A DNA stretch of 64,000 nt from an uncultured Deinococcaceae bacterium (GTDB lineage: Bacteria; Deinococcota; Deinococci; Deinococcales; Deinococcaceae), in contig CAXULY010000027.1 of the NCBI GenBank assembly GCA_964252075.1, forward strand, positions 9,826 through 73,825, read 5' to 3'. This document shows positions 60,571-64,000 of the stretch, piece after piece; positions within the stretch are counted from its first letter, which is position 1, and each line of letters starts with the position of its first letter. The notes beneath the pieces are model-generated. The model made no database searches and was not told where the DNA came from. It saw nothing but the letters and a program-made list of their open reading frames with translations. A program made the translations under genes and the position numbers.

Positions 60571-61540
60571 ACCTCACTGTGCAGGCCTGCGCGCGCTGCG
60601 GCGCCGATCACGCGGACCTCGCTTTCCAGGCGTTCGCGCGGCCGCCGCTGCCCTCCACACACTGGGCGCCCTGCCCCACCACCGGCGAGCCCATCCTCCT
60701 GCAGGTGCTCGACGACCAGCCCGTGCTGCCCGCGCTGGAGGCCATCACGCGGCGCCTGCAGGCCGTCGCGCACATCCCCATCGACGGCGAGCCGGACGGC
60801 AACTACTCGGGCAAGTACTACGGGACGCCTGTGCAGATCGGCCGCAGCGAAGTGAAGATCTGGCGCTGCGAGGACCTCGACCCGCCGGACCTGATGCCCA
60901 GCGCGCACGAGCTGGAAGGGACCACCCTCGCGGACTTCTGGGAGGCCTGCTGCGACAGCCACTGGCAGACGACCGGCGACGCGGCCATGGCGGTGTTTCT
61001 GTACCACGTGCAGCGCGACGTGCAGACGCTCCTCGGGCACCTCGGCATCGCGGTGCCCCTCCCCGCCCTCGACGAGCGCGACGCCGAGCGCGCCACGCAC
61101 CCCCAAAGGAACCCCACTTGACCCCAGCCCCCGCGCCCGACCACCCCGTCTTCGACCCCCGCGCCTGCAGCACCGAGCACCTCCTGATGCGCGTCCTCCC
61201 CATCGACGGGCCGCCCTGCACGCTGGAGCAGGCGGCCGCCGAGATCCGGCGCCTGCACCCCGAGGTGGACGCGCGCTTCACCGTCACGGCCGACGTGCGC
61301 CTCAGCTGGCACGCGCTCGAGCGGCAGGGCTGGGCGCGCTGGGCCGCGCGCCACGCCGACACGCGCGCGCCGGGCGGGTACCGCCTCACGGACCTCGGCG
61401 AGCGGCGCCTGCGGACGCTCTGGCAGCAGGAGGTCGTCGAGCCGACCCTGCGGCGCATCGAGGCGGAGCGCGGCCTGGACGCCGCGCACGAAGCGGCGCG
61501 CAAATGGGCGGAACACCTGCCGCCCGAAGGGTCCCCGTGA
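60567..61540 (+). other. Two hypothetical ORFs (60567-61121; 61118-61540 wHTH-like)
   Basis: Coupled; L.RQGW...GYRLT.LG. Confidence 0.5.
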
Positions 61541-62520
61541 GCGCGCACGACTGCCCGTGTCCCGTCCCGAAGTGCGAGCGGACGCTGCAGGTGGACCCCG
61601 CGGAAGCGCAGGGCAGCGCCTGGTGCAGCTGCGACCGCCGCGAGCGCCTCTCCGTCATCCTGAGCGGCACGGGGCGCTGGCTGCTGCGCGCGCAGCCGTA
61701 CTCGCAAGCGGAACGCCACGAGCACAACGTGATCATGCACGCCCTCGCCACGGGCCGGCAGGGCCGCACGCGCGAGTCGCAGCGGGTGGTGTACCGCGGG
61801 CCGGACGAGGCGAGCGCCACCATGGAGCAGGCGTTCCTCGCGAGTCACGCCGCCGCGCGGGAGGTCGCACGCCACGTCCTCACCGGGCACCTCGAGGAGG
61901 CGCGCGCCGCTGCCGAGCGGCACGCGGAGGCGGAGTACACGTACGTGCTCGCCGCGCGGCGCTTTGGCGCGCAGCGCCGCAGGCACCAGCGCACCGGCGC
62001 GTGGCGCAAGTTCGACCGGTACCGCGTGAAGGTGGACGGCGTGGCGTTCAGCTTCGACTTCGAGGCGTACTGGGACGAACGGGGCGGCGCGCTGGAGCTC
62101 GGCAACCAGGAGACGCTCGAGAGCCTCGCGGGCGTGCAGGCGGGCCCGGAGGCGTGGCGGCAGCTGCTCGCGCTGCTGGTGCGCCTGGAGGCTGGGAAGC
62201 CAGGCGTGGAAGCGGACGTCAAGGCGCTGGTGTGGCAGGAGGACCGCGACCACCTGCGCCTGCGGCCCAGCCTGCGCGTGCACTTCAAGCAGGTGCCCGC
62301 CGCGCTGGAGGTGCTGCGCCGCTCCCTGCGCCCCGTGCTGCCGCACGAGGACGTCGACGAGTACGACGAGCCCGAGTGGGCGCGTGACGCCGCACAGGCC
62401 CGCCCGACGCCCGCGGCGGCCACGAGTGTCGCGGAATTCACGCGGCTCTCCGAGCAGCTCACCAAGGGCCTGAAACCTGCGGAGGGATCCGTGCGGCGCC
62501 GGCGCCGCACATCCGGTTGA
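61537..62520 (+). CDS. Last early-right gene with N-terminal Cys cluster; candidate late regulator (Q position)
   Basis: CPCP..C...C.C; its stop overlaps the -35 of the late promoter. Confidence 0.5.
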   Translation: MSAHDCPCPVPKCERTLQVDPAEAQGSAWCSCDRRERLSVILSGTGRWLLRAQPYSQAERHEHNVIMHALATGRQGRTRESQRVVYRGPDEASATMEQAFLASHAAAREVARHVLTGHLEEARAAAERHAEAEYTYVLAARRFGAQRRRHQRTGAWRKFDRYRVKVDGVAFSFDFEAYWDERGGALELGNQETLESLAGVQAGPEAWRQLLALLVRLEAGKPGVEADVKALVWQEDRDHLRLRPSLRVHFKQVPAALEVLRRSLRPVLPHEDVDEYDEPEWARDAAQARPTPAAATSVAEFTRLSEQLTKGLKPAEGSVRRRRRTSG

Positions 62521-62556
62521 CGCGACCCGACGATTCGGCTACATTGTGCGTACAAT
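62517..62556 (+). promoter_or_regulatory. pR'-like late promoter with a downstream -10-like element
   Basis: TTGACG-17-TACATT, then TACAAT at about +1. Confidence 0.6.
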
Positions 62557-62574
62557 CGGGTTCAAAGTATCGAG

Positions 62575-62597
62575 GGCGCGGCGAGAGCCGCGCCTTT
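62575..62597 (+). terminator. Promoter-proximal terminator (tR'-like)
   Basis: GGCGCGGC-GAGA-GCCGCGCC-TTT. Confidence 0.6.
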
Positions 62598-63114
62598 CGC
62601 GTTGCCCGGTTGCCCGGCAGGGGCACCCAGCGGTCCCTGCGTCAACTGAATCCCCACCAGTGCCGGGTCACGCCGGCCACCTCGCCCCCTCGGGGGCCCT
62701 GCAGGCCCGCTTCCGCTCGGGCCGCTCACAGCCGCGACGACCCAGGCCAGGCCGGGCGTGCGGCGCGACAGGCCCCGGAAAGACGGGGCACCTCCACCAG
62801 CGGGTGAGCTGGACCCACCCACCACGCGTGGTGTGGGCAGACGGCGCCGTCCGGACCGACTCCCGGACGGCGCCCACCTCCCGCGCGCGCCTGTGACCCA
62901 GGCTGCGGCGCCCACCCGGCTGCGCGTCGTGCACGCCGCGGACGCGCTGCTTTGGGTCCTGCGGTGTCCCGTCAGCATGTTAGGAGACCACCATCCACCT
63001 GAAATTCCTGGCCGTGACGCCCCTGTCATTCGCCCATCATGCTGCGCCGGGCATGGTGGGTCCAGAAGCGGTCGGGTGGTACGCGAACCACCACAACGAC
63101 CGCGAGGAGCGTCC

Positions 63115-64000
63115 ATGAAACGAATGCTGCTGTTGTCCCTGTGCCTGGGTGTCGGTCTGGTTGCCTGTGGGTCACCCACCGGTGCCCCACCCTCACCCGT
63201 CCCCAACCCCTCGCCGGCCCACCAGCCGGTCGTCACCACCTTCGACACCTGGGACGACCTCCAGGCCTTCACGCAGAACACCACCAGCACGGATCCGGCC
63301 GTCCGGACCAGTCAGCTGAACGCCTTCTTTCACCCGGTGACCGCCTCGGTCCTCAGCTTGCCGGACGCGCTCACCCCGTACCTGCAGACCAGCGACGCGA
63401 CCGTTCAAGGCCTGCAGCTCAGCATGGTCGGCGGGATGGGGTTGACGCTCGACTCGTGGGCCGCGCAGGCGCGCGCCTTCGGCTTCACCCTGGCCGACGG
63501 AGGGCCCATCACGGCCGCCGCCGTGGAGGACCGCCTCGCCGCCATTCGCGCCCAGCCGACCTTCACGCGCGAGCAGCGCCCGCTGGCGCTCGTGGCGGCC
63601 CTGTGGCAAGCTAGGGGCGCGCCCAGCGACGGACGCGCCATCGGCGATGGGCTGTTGGACCCGGTGCAACTGTACGTGCTGAACAACGTCCTGTTCGTGA
63701 AGGCCATCGAGGCGGGGGACGCCACGTCGACGGCCCTCCACGCCCAAAGTGATCCGCTGGAGGGCCTGAAAATCTTCAAGGACCTGTACGACACTGGCAA
63801 GCAGTTTTTGGGTGATGGCGTGAAGGTTGCCGGAGGGGTCCTGGAATTCGGGAACTACACCGACTGCGTGACGTACCTGACCACCGGCATGGTCGTCCGG
63901 GTGACCGCCCAGCGCCCTGATATCTGGCGCAACGGTCTCGGTCAACCGTTCACCAACACCGTCAAGGCGACCGCCCTGATGCGTGAGAACATCAGCGATG
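63115..64000 (+). CDS. Lipoprotein (runs off the window)
   Basis: AGGAG RBS; MKRMLLLSLCLGVGLVAC lipobox; open to the end of the window. Confidence 0.75.
   Translation, partial: MKRMLLLSLCLGVGLVACGSPTGAPPSPVPNPSPAHQPVVTTFDTWDDLQAFTQNTTSTDPAVRTSQLNAFFHPVTASVLSLPDALTPYLQTSDATVQGLQLSMVGGMGLTLDSWAAQARAFGFTLADGGPITAAAVEDRLAAIRAQPTFTREQRPLALVAALWQARGAPSDGRAIGDGLLDPVQLYVLNNVLFVKAIEAGDATSTALHAQSDPLEGLKIFKDLYDTGKQFLGDGVKVAGGVLEFGNYTDCVTYLTTGMVVRVTAQRPDIWRNGLGQPFTNTVKATALMRENISD

Larger units (their letters stand above)
1..64000. mobile_element. Temperate phage / phage-plasmid segment (tail end, cargo, partition, early left operon, switch, early right/replication, late promoter)
   Basis: Lambdoid gene order with divergent HTH repressors, BRO antirepressor, initiator with iterons, RusA-like and phosphatase genes, plus a ParA partition cassette; head genes are not in the window. 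Confidence 0.85.

Overview
A GC-rich (~70% by eye) segment of a temperate phage or phage-plasmid. The host is probably Deinococcus-like, inferred from the many leaderless genes (-10 hexamer 5-7 nt before the start codon) and the gene families present. From left to right: the end of a tail/lysis module (1-3801); a cargo zone with a low-GC PD-(D/E)XK nuclease, a response regulator, higBA, a molybdate/MOSC cassette, parA plus a ParG-like partner, a CoiA-like nuclease, two imperfect tRNAs, a low-GC ATPase, a QueC(QatC-like)-nuclease module and a beta-clamp paralog (3870-23400); a long leftward early operon including a large ParB-domain protein (23500-39260); a lambdoid-style switch (PL, cI-like, cro-like, PR); a rightward operon with a tyrosine recombinase, BRO antirepressor, iteron-containing initiator, MazG-, RusA- and NinI-like genes; and a pR'-like late promoter with terminator (62517-62600). 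The top candidate for a new system lies inside the switch region. A 489-aa TPR-like gene is followed by an unannotated 49-aa secreted peptide gene with its own promoter, then a small ORF overlapping the repressor in antisense, which mirrors the arbitrium aimR-aimP-aimX/aimC layout. The second candidate is a two-gene module pairing an N-terminal-Gly partner with a QueC-restriction nuclease fusion. All calls come from reading motifs by eye; no database searches were run.
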